Positions 50,286-59,976 of a stretch of DNA of 64,000 nucleotides are shown here, in pieces. Source of the DNA: Bacteroidales bacterium (GTDB taxonomy: Bacteria > Bacteroidota > Bacteroidia > Bacteroidales > JAGONC01); contig DAOQWY010000008.1 of the NCBI GenBank assembly GCA_035342335.1, positions 21,722-85,721 on the forward strand. Reading direction: 5' to 3'. A model generated the notes under the pieces. It did no database searches, was not told the DNA's origin, and saw nothing but the letters and a program-made list of their open reading frames with translations. Positions within the stretch are counted from its first letter, which is position 1. Every line of letters starts with the position of its first letter. The translations under genes and the position numbers were made by a program.

Positions 50286-51105
50286 GGTAAATGAATTTCA
50301 GCATCAGTTCTTTTTCATCAGGTGATATCCTGAGGAGATTGGCTATCAGCCACCCTGAATTTTTGGATTTTCGGTTGAAGTCAACCAGTTCAAAATACCA
50401 TCCGGGGACTTGGAAAAAGTGAAACTTAACCTGCTGAACGGTTTTAAAGGAGAGGTTTCCATTCTTCACTTCATAAATGAAAAGGGTCAGAAAATCCGGG
50501 TGGTACTCACGGGAAGTGTACAGCTCAACTTCATCTTTGTTCTTGAAAACGTGGATGAGGTTCATAAAGTCGAGCTCGTGGCTCAAGGGATGAAGAAATT
50601 TGAGCTGGTCAGGAGCGGAATTGAAAAAAAGCTTGCTGAATGGTTCGAAATAGATATTGGTAATCACCCACTTTGATCCAACCTTTTCTTCCTGAAGCTG
50701 GAGAAAAAGGGTGAGCGGTACTTCACTGCCGTGATAGAAAAATTTGGTTGCGACCTCGGCAAACCAGTCTCCTCCGTGAAAGTCAAGATATACCGGTTTG
50801 TTCCCGTTTATGACGGTATGAATGAAGTCCTGCCGGGCAAGGTCGGTAATGGCAGGATTTTCATTGTCAAAGAGGACCGATAGATATTTGCTTCGAAGGG
50901 TGGGATCCCTGTAAAGCGGGTTTTCCGGGTAGATCCGCTGCCCATCGAGGTTTTCCTCACAGTTGAAACGCCGAAGGAACTGGTTCACCTGTTTGGTCTG
51001 GGCCATCAGGATCTCCTCATCACCCAGGTAATTACCTATGGATTGCGCCGGCAGATCCGGCGCAATCCATAGTATCAACCAACCAACAAAAAGGATTTTT
51101 CTCAT
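50278..51105 (-). CDS. Exported hypothetical protein
   Basis: Signal peptide MRKILFVGWLILW; start overlaps the upstream stop (ATGA); KQVNQFLRRFN, HPLSHELDFM, FHFFQVPGW. Confidence 0.8.
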   Translation of the reverse strand: MRKILFVGWLILWIAPDLPAQSIGNYLGDEEILMAQTKQVNQFLRRFNCEENLDGQRIYPENPLYRDPTLRSKYLSVLFDNENPAITDLARQDFIHTVINGNKPVYLDFHGGDWFAEVATKFFYHGSEVPLTLFLQLQEEKVGSKWVITNIYFEPFSKLFFNSAPDQLKFLHPLSHELDFMNLIHVFKNKDEVELYTSREYHPDFLTLFIYEVKNGNLSFKTVQQVKFHFFQVPGWYFELVDFNRKSKNSGWLIANLLRISPDEKELMLKFIYHE

Positions 51106-51677
51106 GGCAAGGTTTCGGTCACCCTGACATCGCCCAGCAGCACATCCCAAAATCCGATCAGGCGTCCTCCGATCTGGGTCTGTTTACGCTCCACATAGAC
51201 CGTAATATCCTTTTTTGTGGTATCCTTATAGACCAGCTGATCGCCTGTAATCCCCTCAAACCGCTGAAAAATGGTGATCACCCCCACGAAACGCCCATCC
51301 GGCTGCTGTTCCAAATCGCTGATATATTGAATGTTAAACCATTGGATCTTCACTTTGTCGTAGTTCAGCTGCATGAGCCGTTCCAGGTATTCCCTGATGC
51401 CGTAATATTTGACTTCGTCGAGGAACAACGATGAAACACCCATCTGGCTTCCGGGCATGAACAGCTCCAGGGTGCGCTCTATGACCCGGTTGGCTTCCGA
51501 CCAGGGCGTTTCTTTGTCGCCGATGATGCTGATGTATTTGCTCAGGTCGCGAACTTTCTCAAGGGCCAGGGAATCAATGGCGGCCTTTCGTTCGGGACTG
51601 ATCTCAGGCTGTGCAGTCGCTGGGGTTCCCCAAAATGCCAGTCCAATGGCAATGAACAGAATTTTTATGGGATTCAT
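51102..51677 (-). CDS. Exported hypothetical protein (predicted NTF2-like alpha+beta fold)
   Basis: Signal peptide; helices followed by long beta strands ending WDVLLGDVRV. Confidence 0.8.
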   Translation of the reverse strand: MNPIKILFIAIGLAFWGTPATAQPEISPERKAAIDSLALEKVRDLSKYISIIGDKETPWSEANRVIERTLELFMPGSQMGVSSLFLDEVKYYGIREYLERLMQLNYDKVKIQWFNIQYISDLEQQPDGRFVGVITIFQRFEGITGDQLVYKDTTKKDITVYVERKQTQIGGRLIGFWDVLLGDVRVTETLP

Positions 51678-51682
51678 ATTGA

Positions 51683-52387
51683 TTACTTTTTAATGAGTTC
51701 TAATTCAGTGATCAACCCTTCTTCATTGATTTTGATGTTGCTGATCCGGTTGATGTTGTTTTTGGTGTCGTCGAGATACTGCAGGTATTTCAGGATGGTG
51801 GTGGGCTCATCGTAATCGGTCATTCCGCCCTCCTGCGAGATGATGATCAGGACTGGAACGGATTCGCTGGCGAACATTTTCAACGCCTGGCTGATAAAAG
51901 TATCTGATGCGCTGTAATTCTTGTTGTTGACCAGGTCGTTGAAAAATCCTTCAAGTATGTCGGAAGTGCCGGCTCTTGCTGCTTCTTCAACCTCCTGTGG
52001 CGGGATCACCTGCTCAGGCTTCCTGGCCATCTCTTTTTCTTTGTTGATTTTTTGTTCGGCAAGATCAATCAGGCTATTGATTTCCGCATCCTGAAAACGC
52101 TGTGATTTGATTTCTTCGAGGGTAGCCTCTTTCGTGCTCAGCGGAAGGGATCCGTCATCATTGAGGATCTCCAGCAGCTGGCCTTTTGCCTTTAACAACT
52201 GGTCGGGATCATCGTGAACAGTGGTCACCTGCTTGGTCTTTCCCGCTTTTTTCTTACCTGCACATCCGCTGTTCCCTGTCATGACGGCACTGGCGAACAA
52301 CAGGATCAATGCATAGTAGAACAATGACCGTAAACGAATATGGACTTTGCGCGGAGGATTCATGGACGAAAAATTAAGTTGGTTCAT
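51683..52387 (-). CDS. Putative lipoprotein
   Basis: Hydrophobic segment then SG-C-AGKKK; helical region; C-terminal DYDEPTTILKYLQYL. TAGTTTTG promoter motif at 52428-52435. Confidence 0.75.
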   Translation of the reverse strand: MNQLNFSSMNPPRKVHIRLRSLFYYALILLFASAVMTGNSGCAGKKKAGKTKQVTTVHDDPDQLLKAKGQLLEILNDDGSLPLSTKEATLEEIKSQRFQDAEINSLIDLAEQKINKEKEMARKPEQVIPPQEVEEAARAGTSDILEGFFNDLVNNKNYSASDTFISQALKMFASESVPVLIIISQEGGMTDYDEPTTILKYLQYLDDTKNNINRISNIKINEEGLITELELIKK

Positions 52388-52508
52388 ACTAAAAACACAC
52401 AGGTATCCCTGCTTCAGGGAAGTTCCGCAAAACTACTAAGATAACGGAAAGAATTGATTTTATTGTATGGCAAAATAATAACCGGATGGTGTTAACAACA
52501 CGGCGTCC

Positions 52509-53612
52509 CTATTCCTCAAACACCTGACCGAAGTAATAGATCCGCGTGGTATTGGGCCCTGTTTTATACATGATCAGGTTACGGTTCATTTCAAGATCCG
52601 TCACCAGTTCATAGGTGACCACGTGTTTTTCACAATTCTGAACCACCTGGACATTTTGATTATCGTCAATATAAGATATTGAATTCCAGTCAAGTACATA
52701 TTTGTCCGGTACGTACCGTTCGATGATCTGAACCGTTCCATTGCAATGTGTTTTGAAATAACCCTGGTCGATAAAGATCATCGCTTCATCATTAACTTCA
52801 AAGTGTTCAGGCCGGTTCGGAAGCAGGGTGGTGGTGATGCCTTTGTTGAAGGATTTCAGGTTGCCCATGTCATCAACGTAAACCACCATGTCGTCTCCGA
52901 CTTCGAAGGCTTGCGGCCGGTAATATTCCAGTTCAAACACCTCGCCTTTATAAAAGACCTTGAAAATGTTCCGTGGTTCATCCATATAGGCAACGATATT
53001 TTTTCCTGTTTTGTAAGTGATGTATTCCCCGAATTCATCAATCACCCAGATATCACCAGCCCAGAAAACCTTGAATTTATTATCCACGGTCGTAACATAG
53101 GCAAGCGTATTATCGCCGCTTTTCAGGCGTTCGAACGGAAAGTCAAGCAATCCATCCTCCAGTGTCTCCGTTTTTCCTTTATAATAAATATTGACCGTCC
53201 TGCTGATCCGGTCGTACCAGGTGATCAGGCTGTCCTGAACCACATATCCTTCCACGGCCGTACAAAGTATTTTTATTTTACCGCGGTCGAAGACTTTCAA
53301 AAAATCCAGGTATTTGTATCCCAGCAGGTAGTCCGTGGCGTAATACCTCATACCGGCTCCTGCATTGTCCAGCTCATAGACCTCGCCATTGTAGTAGACC
53401 TTTAAACCCCCTGCATTGTCGATATAGGCTAAATGATTGCCCCCTACCTTATAGGACTGGATCTTGAGATTTTCCAGCTGTTCGGTCTTCCCTGCATCAA
53501 AAACATAAAAATGGTTCTGGATGTCGGAGAATGCCGCCAGGTGCTGCGCTACAAGACTGCCAGGTAAGATGTTGACAATGAGTAATATAATAAATAAAGT
53601 ATTTTTGATCAT
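52509..53612 (-). CDS. Exported beta-repeat (propeller-like) hypothetical protein
   Basis: Signal peptide; repeats of about 38 aa, G...AY.D....FKVFY.G....LE. Confidence 0.75.
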   Translation of the reverse strand: MIKNTLFIILLIVNILPGSLVAQHLAAFSDIQNHFYVFDAGKTEQLENLKIQSYKVGGNHLAYIDNAGGLKVYYNGEVYELDNAGAGMRYYATDYLLGYKYLDFLKVFDRGKIKILCTAVEGYVVQDSLITWYDRISRTVNIYYKGKTETLEDGLLDFPFERLKSGDNTLAYVTTVDNKFKVFWAGDIWVIDEFGEYITYKTGKNIVAYMDEPRNIFKVFYKGEVFELEYYRPQAFEVGDDMVVYVDDMGNLKSFNKGITTTLLPNRPEHFEVNDEAMIFIDQGYFKTHCNGTVQIIERYVPDKYVLDWNSISYIDDNQNVQVVQNCEKHVVTYELVTDLEMNRNLIMYKTGPNTTRIYYFGQVFEE

Positions 53613-53708
53613 ATGGAATCGTTTATGGTTTTTCAAAACGGGGATTGATTCATTCATCATAGCATTTTTTTTATCAGAGGTTCACTGCAGGAGTGACCAA
53701 TATCGAAG

Positions 53709-55166
53709 TTAAAAAATGAAGAAGTGGTAATTCCATGCGTTCAAATCAACATACAGGCCAAAGTCGGTCAGTTCTTTATTTGACCGCAGGTAGGTTGTAT
53801 CGTGCAGTTCATCGCTCAGGATCACCTCTTTGCCCGGGTCATCCGCCCATGGCCAGCTGACGAGTCCCTGTGCCTGCATTCCGGAATAATTGATGACCAC
53901 CAGGGCTCTTCGGTCAGGCAGTGACCATGACCAGGCCAGCAGGTTGCGGACCGTATCGTTTCCAGGCCAGCCGTTGACCGCGCACAGCGCCCACTCACCT
54001 TTATGAAACAGGGTTTGCGAGATCAGATGAAGCAGGTTCCGGTAAAATTCCTGCAGGTCGTGATTACGAATCTCCGGCACCGGTTTGGCAAGAAAAACGG
54101 GTATTCGGGTCTGGTATCCTTCCTGCTGCCCGTGATGGAACATCCGTGCCCCGGGAAGCGTGGCGAAAATGACGGCAGCGGCGGAATGACGCGGTACCTC
54201 CAGCTGCGAGGAAATGCGCAGCTCATCGTGGTTCTCAATGAAACGCATCAGTTTTTCCTGGTAATCCAGGCCAGCCAATGCATGCAACCGGATGCTCTCT
54301 GCCGTGTCGTGGAGCAGGCGGTCGTAAAGGCGTTTGTCATAACAGAAATCAAATCCCTGCTGTTGGAGTTCCCATTCCATCTCCCAGTAAACTTCAGCAA
54401 TGAACAGGAATGCCGGGAACATTTTTTTCACTTCAGGGATGATTTCCATCCAGAATTCACTGGTTGGCTTCGGTCCTGCTTTGTTTCCCCAGGTCTGTTC
54501 AAAGATCCGGTTGGTCATCAGCATGGCCATGTCACAGCGAACACCATCGCACAGGGATGCAATCGCAAGGAGTGTTTTTACTGAGGCTTTACGCAGCTCA
54601 CCGGAAAATGCGTTTAGCTGCACCACATCAGGCCACGGAGGGAAAAAGGGATCCCTGGCCCGGGCAATGACCCTCCCGTTGATGGGGATGAAGTCGTCGG
54701 GTGTTTGGAGAAGATCGTTTTCCATTCCCTGGATGAAATAGTCCGGGTGTTCCCTCGTCCACGGATGATCCGGTGCGACGTGGTTGGGAACGAAGTCAAG
54801 GATCAGGCCCATTCCCCTTGCTTTTAATTCCGTTCGTGCTTTCAGGATCCCTTCCTGGCCACCGAGCATTTGATCAATGGTGTAGTCCTGGATACAGTAG
54901 GCCGAACCTACCATATCCATCGGGGTAAAACCGGGTAAAGCCATCTGGCAGGCGTGGATGATATCAGGATGCTGCAGGGCGATCTCCAGTCCCGCCGGGC
55001 TACGTTTCCACACGCCCATGAGCCACAGGTAATCAAATCCCTGTTGTGCGATTTCATCCCATTCCAGCGCAGGAACATTCACGAGTGTGACCGCCTGGTC
55101 GTATTTGATGGTGAGTTCACTCAGCCATACCCAGGTGTTGATCTCCAGGATTAGGGGGTTTTTCAT
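53709..55166 (-). CDS. Alpha-amylase family (GH13) glycoside hydrolase
   Basis: LDFVPNH, DGVRCDMAML, FIAEVYW, RFIENHDE conserved regions. Confidence 0.9.
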   Translation of the reverse strand: MKNPLILEINTWVWLSELTIKYDQAVTLVNVPALEWDEIAQQGFDYLWLMGVWKRSPAGLEIALQHPDIIHACQMALPGFTPMDMVGSAYCIQDYTIDQMLGGQEGILKARTELKARGMGLILDFVPNHVAPDHPWTREHPDYFIQGMENDLLQTPDDFIPINGRVIARARDPFFPPWPDVVQLNAFSGELRKASVKTLLAIASLCDGVRCDMAMLMTNRIFEQTWGNKAGPKPTSEFWMEIIPEVKKMFPAFLFIAEVYWEMEWELQQQGFDFCYDKRLYDRLLHDTAESIRLHALAGLDYQEKLMRFIENHDELRISSQLEVPRHSAAAVIFATLPGARMFHHGQQEGYQTRIPVFLAKPVPEIRNHDLQEFYRNLLHLISQTLFHKGEWALCAVNGWPGNDTVRNLLAWSWSLPDRRALVVINYSGMQAQGLVSWPWADDPGKEVILSDELHDTTYLRSNKELTDFGLYVDLNAWNYHFFIF

Positions 55167-55179
55167 GGTTGTTCGTGTT

Positions 55180-55275
55180 ACAGGTTCACAGGTCTACAGG
55201 TCTACAGGTCTACAGGTCTACAGGTCTACAGGTCTACAGGTTCACAGGTCTACAGGTCTACAGGTCTACAGGTTG
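55180..55275. repeat. Octamer tandem repeat, 12 units (ACAGGTCT with ACAGGTTC/ACAGGTTG variants)
   Basis: Counted directly: nine ACAGGTCT, two ACAGGTTC and one ACAGGTTG. Followed by a heptamer tract (about 55283-55340). Confidence 0.95.
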
Positions 55276-55318
55276 ATGAAGGATTTCATTTTACATATTT
55301 CATTTTACATATTTCATC

Positions 55319-56080
55319 CTACATCCTACATCCTATATTCTTCATTTTAACGATCATCACGCTCGATTCCATATCGGGTACAGACACCAGGCTTTCCGGG
55401 ATGTTTTGGATGAACTCATCCACTGCCCGCACGGCGCCTTCCCACTTATGGTTGTAGTCGTGAACGATGATGACGCCGCCGGGTGACAGCCTCGGATAAA
55501 AAAAGGCAAGGCCTGCCGCGATGGGCTGATACAGGTCCGCATCGATCGAAACAAATGCAAAGGTCTCCTCTTCCAGACCTGTTGCCGTATCAGGGAAATA
55601 CCCCGGATGAAAAACGATGTTTTCGTTGCCCCCGATCTTGTTCCTGACTTTTTCCAGTCGCGTGTCGGAAAACCGCTCCGGAGAATAAGTGGCCGCCTCG
55701 CCCGTTTCACCTTTCAGGTCCGACGCGGGGAATCCTTCGAAGGTGTCGAACAGGTGCAGTGTCCGTGATGGCGCCATCCAGTGAATGATCCGCGCTGTTT
55801 CACCCTTGTACACGCCGAGTTCGGCAAACGCACCCGGAACGTTCTCCTTTTTCATCCGTTCGGTCTGGAACCAGAAATTGAAAAAACGGACTTTATCGGG
55901 AGTCTGTTTTTCGATCTTTTGCAGCTCCCGGGAAACGGATTTCATTTTCACGGAATGCTTCCAGGCTACGGGCTGGTAATCCGTGTCAAAGAAGGATCCC
56001 CAGATATGACGGATCAGGAAGATGAATATGATCAGGATGATGACCAGCTGGAGGATCTGAAAAAGAAGGCGCCCGTCCAT
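55319..56080 (-). CDS. TylF/MycF-family O-methyltransferase
   Basis: GAFAELGVYKG, LFDTFEGF, GYFPDT, SIDADLY, GGVIIVHDY. Confidence 0.9.
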   Translation of the reverse strand: MDGRLLFQILQLVIILIIFIFLIRHIWGSFFDTDYQPVAWKHSVKMKSVSRELQKIEKQTPDKVRFFNFWFQTERMKKENVPGAFAELGVYKGETARIIHWMAPSRTLHLFDTFEGFPASDLKGETGEAATYSPERFSDTRLEKVRNKIGGNENIVFHPGYFPDTATGLEEETFAFVSIDADLYQPIAAGLAFFYPRLSPGGVIIVHDYNHKWEGAVRAVDEFIQNIPESLVSVPDMESSVMIVKMKNIGCRM

Positions 56081-56130
56081 TCATTCAAATTTTATCAAAG
56101 GAACAAAATAATCCGGAGAAAGGCAAATAT

Positions 56131-57531
56131 TTACACCTGTTTTAGTTTCCATTTTCCCTTCCTGAAGATGAGCACGGCTGTGACGGTCATCGCTGCTTCT
56201 GCAATCAGGATCGCATAGTAAACTCCCTGTTCATTCATCCGGGCCGGTACAGCCAGCAACCAGGCCACCGTTAGTTCCAGCAGCCAGTAGCAAAAGAAGT
56301 TGATCTTGACAGGGGTTAGCGTATCTCCGGCTCCGTTGAAGGAGTTAACGATCACCATTCCCACCCCGTAAAAGATGAATCCGTAGCTCATGATGCGGAG
56401 GCAATGAGAGCCGCTTTCAATGACGGATTGTTCCGGAGTGAAGAAACGTATGAACGGTTCGGGGCTGACAGCGAACAGCAGCCCGATGCCTCCCATAATG
56501 ATGAAGTTGATGACACTGGTCGTCCAAACGGCACGTTCAGCCCTGCCAGGCAGCCTGGCTCCGAGGTTTTGTCCGACCAGGGTGGCGGCGGCATTGGCAA
56601 TGCCCGAAGAAGGAAGCATGGAAACCAGGATCACACGGATGGCGATGGTGTATCCGGCCACAGCCTCGCTGCCGAATAAGGCGATGATGCGGACCAAAAG
56701 GATCCAGCTGGAAGTTGCGATCAGGCTCTGGCCAATGCCGCCCATTGAAAGCCTGAACAGTTTCAGGATTTCTTTCAGGTTGATGTTCAGATATTCCAGC
56801 GACAGGCTGACCCTGTGTTTCCCACGGAATAAGAGGAATAGCTGGTAGACGACCGCCAGGCCGCGTCCCAGAACGGTTGCCAGGGCAGCTCCCTTGATTC
56901 CCATCTCCGGGAAAGGACCCCATCCAAAAATCAGGACCGGATCGAGCACAATGTTGAAGAGATTGGCGATGAACAGAATCTTCATGGAGATGGCTGCGTC
57001 GCCGGCACTTCGGAAAACGGCATTGATGATGAACAACAGCATGATGACGATGTTACTGCCGATCATCAACGAAGTATATCCCGAGAACCTTTCAACCTCC
57101 TCCGGAGGAGATCCCATCAGGGTAAGGACCTCCTCAGCAAAGAACCAGCCCGGAATTCCCAGGATCAGCGAGACAGCGACGGCGGCGACGATGGCCTGAA
57201 AAGCTGCCCTGCATGCCCCCTGATGGTCCTTTTCCCCGATACGGCGCGACACCAGTGCCGTGGCAGCAATGCTCATCCCTCCTGCAATGGCATACACGAT
57301 CGTGATCACCGATTCGGTGATGCCGACGACGGCGACTGCATCAGCCCCCAGCCGGGATACAAAATAAATATCGACGATGGCAAAGATCGATTCCATCACC
57401 ATTTCCAGGACCATGGGAATGGAAAGCAGCATGATGGCACGGCCCAGGCTCCCCGATGTGAAATCCTGCTCTGTCCCGGCTATGGATTCATACAAATCCC
57501 GGAAAAAACGACGGAGATTCAAATTGTGCAT
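56131..57531 (-). CDS. MATE family efflux transporter
   Basis: LSIPMVLEM, NIVLDPVLIFG...GIKGAALAT, ATLVGQNLGA; about 12 hydrophobic segments. Confidence 0.93.
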   Translation of the reverse strand: MHNLNLRRFFRDLYESIAGTEQDFTSGSLGRAIMLLSIPMVLEMVMESIFAIVDIYFVSRLGADAVAVVGITESVITIVYAIAGGMSIAATALVSRRIGEKDHQGACRAAFQAIVAAVAVSLILGIPGWFFAEEVLTLMGSPPEEVERFSGYTSLMIGSNIVIMLLFIINAVFRSAGDAAISMKILFIANLFNIVLDPVLIFGWGPFPEMGIKGAALATVLGRGLAVVYQLFLLFRGKHRVSLSLEYLNINLKEILKLFRLSMGGIGQSLIATSSWILLVRIIALFGSEAVAGYTIAIRVILVSMLPSSGIANAAATLVGQNLGARLPGRAERAVWTTSVINFIIMGGIGLLFAVSPEPFIRFFTPEQSVIESGSHCLRIMSYGFIFYGVGMVIVNSFNGAGDTLTPVKINFFCYWLLELTVAWLLAVPARMNEQGVYYAILIAEAAMTVTAVLIFRKGKWKLKQV

Positions 57532-57561
57532 CTTTTTACGCCCTGACCACGAAAGCTCGAT

Positions 57562-57631
57562 AATTGTCGATTGTCAATTTAAAATTGTCAATTGACAATC
57601 GAAAATTGACAATTGACAATTACCATTTGCC
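57562..57631. repeat. Palindromic heptamer tandem tract (AATTGTC/AATTGAC)
   Basis: Ten heptamer units forming an imperfect inverted repeat centred on GTCAATTGAC (57587-57596). Confidence 0.85.
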
Positions 57632-57633
57632 TG

Positions 57634-58536
57634 CTACCGCTCCTCCTCCAGCATCCGTTTCGCCTCTTTCATCGCCTTCATCTGTGCATCGGATATGACC
57701 GGATAGCTAAGGTTAAGGGATTTGATGGCCGAAACGATGATGTCGGCCACCAGGGCGCGGGCGAACCACTTGTGGTCGGAAGGAACGATATACCACGGCG
57801 CATAATCGGTAGATGTCTCTCTGAGGGTATCTTCAAATGCTTTCTGATAATCTTTCCAATAGGCACGTTCAGCCACATCAGACGTCGAAAACTTCCAGTA
57901 TTTTTCCGGATTTTCCAGCCGGTCGAGGAACCTTTTTTTCTGTTCTTTTTTTGAAACGTGCAGGTAAAACTTAAGGATGATCGTACCGTTCCTGAACAGG
58001 TGATGCTCGTATTCCCGGATCGACTCATACCGTTTCTGCCAGAAGGTTTCATCCAGCTTGAAGTTGGGTAGTTTCTCGTTGTTCAGGATCTTGGGGTGAA
58101 CCTTCACCACCAGTACTTCTTCATAATGCGATCGGTTAAAGATCCCGATGCGCCCTCTTTCCGGCAGCCGGAGGGAACACCGCCAGAGGAAGTCGTGGTC
58201 CAGTTCCTCGGCCGAGGGCTGCTTGAAGCTGTACACCTGGCATCCCTGAGGATTGACCCCCGACATCACGTGCTTGATGATTCCGTCCTTGCCTGCAGCA
58301 TCCATCCCCTGGAAAACCAGCAGCAATGCGTACGTGTCACTGGCATAGAAGAGGTCCTGCATCTCTGCCAGGTCTTTGACGTTCTGAGCCAGGCGATCTT
58401 CAAGGTGCTCCTTCACTGTTGATTTTTTGAAATCCTGAAGGCGCGGCATAAATCCATACTCGGTGTCGACCTCGTCAAGATTGATCTTTTCACCGCCTTT
58501 GACACGGAAAAGATCCAGAATGCGTTTTTCGTACAT
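57634..58536 (-). CDS. ppk2: Polyphosphate kinase 2 family protein (class III-like)
   Basis: FQGMDAAGKDG, NPQGC, FNRSHYEEVLVVKVHP, WYIVPSDHKW. Confidence 0.93.
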   Translation of the reverse strand: MYEKRILDLFRVKGGEKINLDEVDTEYGFMPRLQDFKKSTVKEHLEDRLAQNVKDLAEMQDLFYASDTYALLLVFQGMDAAGKDGIIKHVMSGVNPQGCQVYSFKQPSAEELDHDFLWRCSLRLPERGRIGIFNRSHYEEVLVVKVHPKILNNEKLPNFKLDETFWQKRYESIREYEHHLFRNGTIILKFYLHVSKKEQKKRFLDRLENPEKYWKFSTSDVAERAYWKDYQKAFEDTLRETSTDYAPWYIVPSDHKWFARALVADIIVSAIKSLNLSYPVISDAQMKAMKEAKRMLEEER

Positions 58537-58765
58537 AATAAATGGGATTAAGGGTTATTGGTTGATATTTGGGATTATTGATTGTTATTTGCAGTTATTC
58601 GTGGTCATTCATAGTCATTTTTAGACATTCAAAGTTATTTATAGTTATTGGTTGGTCTGACTTGCAAGGATCGGGAGTAAATGATCCCGGTAAAAATAGT
58701 CAATTTATGAAAATATTGTATAATTTTACACACTCACACCCACACCCATTCCCACACCCGCTTCC

Positions 58766-58839
58766 GGGGTATTAGCTCAGCTGGCTAGAGCGCTACATTC
58801 GCATTGTAGAGGTCGCCGGTTCGAATCCGGTATGCTCCA
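58766..58839 (+). tRNA. tRNA-Ala (CGC)
   Basis: GGGGTAT/ATGCTCC acceptor with G3:U70; anticodon arm CTACA-TTCGCAT-TGTAG; T loop GGTTCGAATCC. Confidence 0.96.
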
Positions 58840-58857
58840 CGCAGATATACGATGAAA

Positions 58858-58913
58858 TGATTAACCGATATCGGATATCGGATTTAAATCCAAAATCAAA
58901 TATCGGTTAATCA
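58858..58913. repeat. 14-bp perfect inverted repeat downstream of tRNA-Ala
   Basis: TGATTAACCGATAT (58858-58871) and ATATCGGTTAATCA (58900-58913). Confidence 0.8.
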
Positions 58914-59008
58914 GTTAATCGGATATCAATATCTACCGGAGAACCCTGTTGATAAATTTTGCTTTTCCGCGTTGCGCAGCGATTTGCCATCGTCATAATA
59001 TTTTTCCC

Positions 59009-59578
59009 ATGAAAAACGAAGACATGCTTTCCCTTTCGAAGATCATCCTTGCGCCGTGGATACAAAAAGCCACAGCGCTGATAGGCGTGTCACGCAAAGT
59101 GGGAGGGAACCAGTTCAGGCACGCCATGGCCACCATGGCCATCATCCTCGACTACAAGATACTGGATCCTGTATTGCTCAAAGCTTCCGTCATTCACGAC
59201 CTGCTGGAAGATGTACAGGATACCGATCAGCGGGCACTCCGGTTCATTGACGAGGATGGCCCTGCAGTGGTGGAACTTGTGCTGGAAGTAACGCGCAATC
59301 CCTGTGAGAAAAAGGAGGTGTTCCTGGAAAGGTTGCTCACCCAGGGAAGTGACCGGGCCAAGCTGCTCAAGTCGGCCGACCGCATCAGCAATTTGCTGGA
59401 TCTGCACCTGACCATCTACGACCCTGAACGATATGAGCGCCATATCAACCAGACCATTACCTATGTCCTGCCGATGGCCTGGCAGGTGAACCGGGATATG
59501 GCCCACGAGATGATCGACCTGATCAACATCCGTTCGAGGAATCTGGGATTACCCGAGATCGAGAATCCGTTCAGTTAA
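59009..59578 (+). CDS. Stand-alone HD-domain protein, RelA/SpoT hydrolase (SAH/Mesh1)-like
   Basis: RKVGGNQFRH, ASVIHDLLED, VLEVT, KSADRISNL. Confidence 0.8.
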   Translation: MKNEDMLSLSKIILAPWIQKATALIGVSRKVGGNQFRHAMATMAIILDYKILDPVLLKASVIHDLLEDVQDTDQRALRFIDEDGPAVVELVLEVTRNPCEKKEVFLERLLTQGSDRAKLLKSADRISNLLDLHLTIYDPERYERHINQTITYVLPMAWQVNRDMAHEMIDLINIRSRNLGLPEIENPFS

Positions 59579-59976
59579 CCGTTGACGATCATCAGGGTAG
59601 GAGGCGAGATGTAATTTCAGACATCATCACAGGAAGCCGGGAGATGTTGCTTTTTAGTCAGCTGTTGAAAGGCCATTGCTGATTTTTTTAGCAAGAGGAA
59701 TAACGAGCTAAAAATTTTGTTTACGAACAATATTCCTGATCATGCCCCTGAAAAATAATATTTCCTTCTTTTATTTACTTTTAGTTTCTTTCGTTTTCTT
59801 ATATCATGTTAATTATCAATGATATAAAAATTTGACTAAAAGCAAAATTTTACATCCGAAAGTAATAAATTCGCAAAAAACTTTAAACCATATTTAAACC
59901 AGACATGCAATTCACGTATATTTGTTTTCATTTTTAAAATAAAAAGAGTATAAATAATTTGTAAAAATTTGCTTCC

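Noticed and set aside
55180..55275. ORF 55087-55350 with STGLQVYR repeats, or a CRISPR array
   Set aside because: It is a translation of an 8-bp microsatellite. There are no spacers and the ORF overlaps real genes on the opposite strand.
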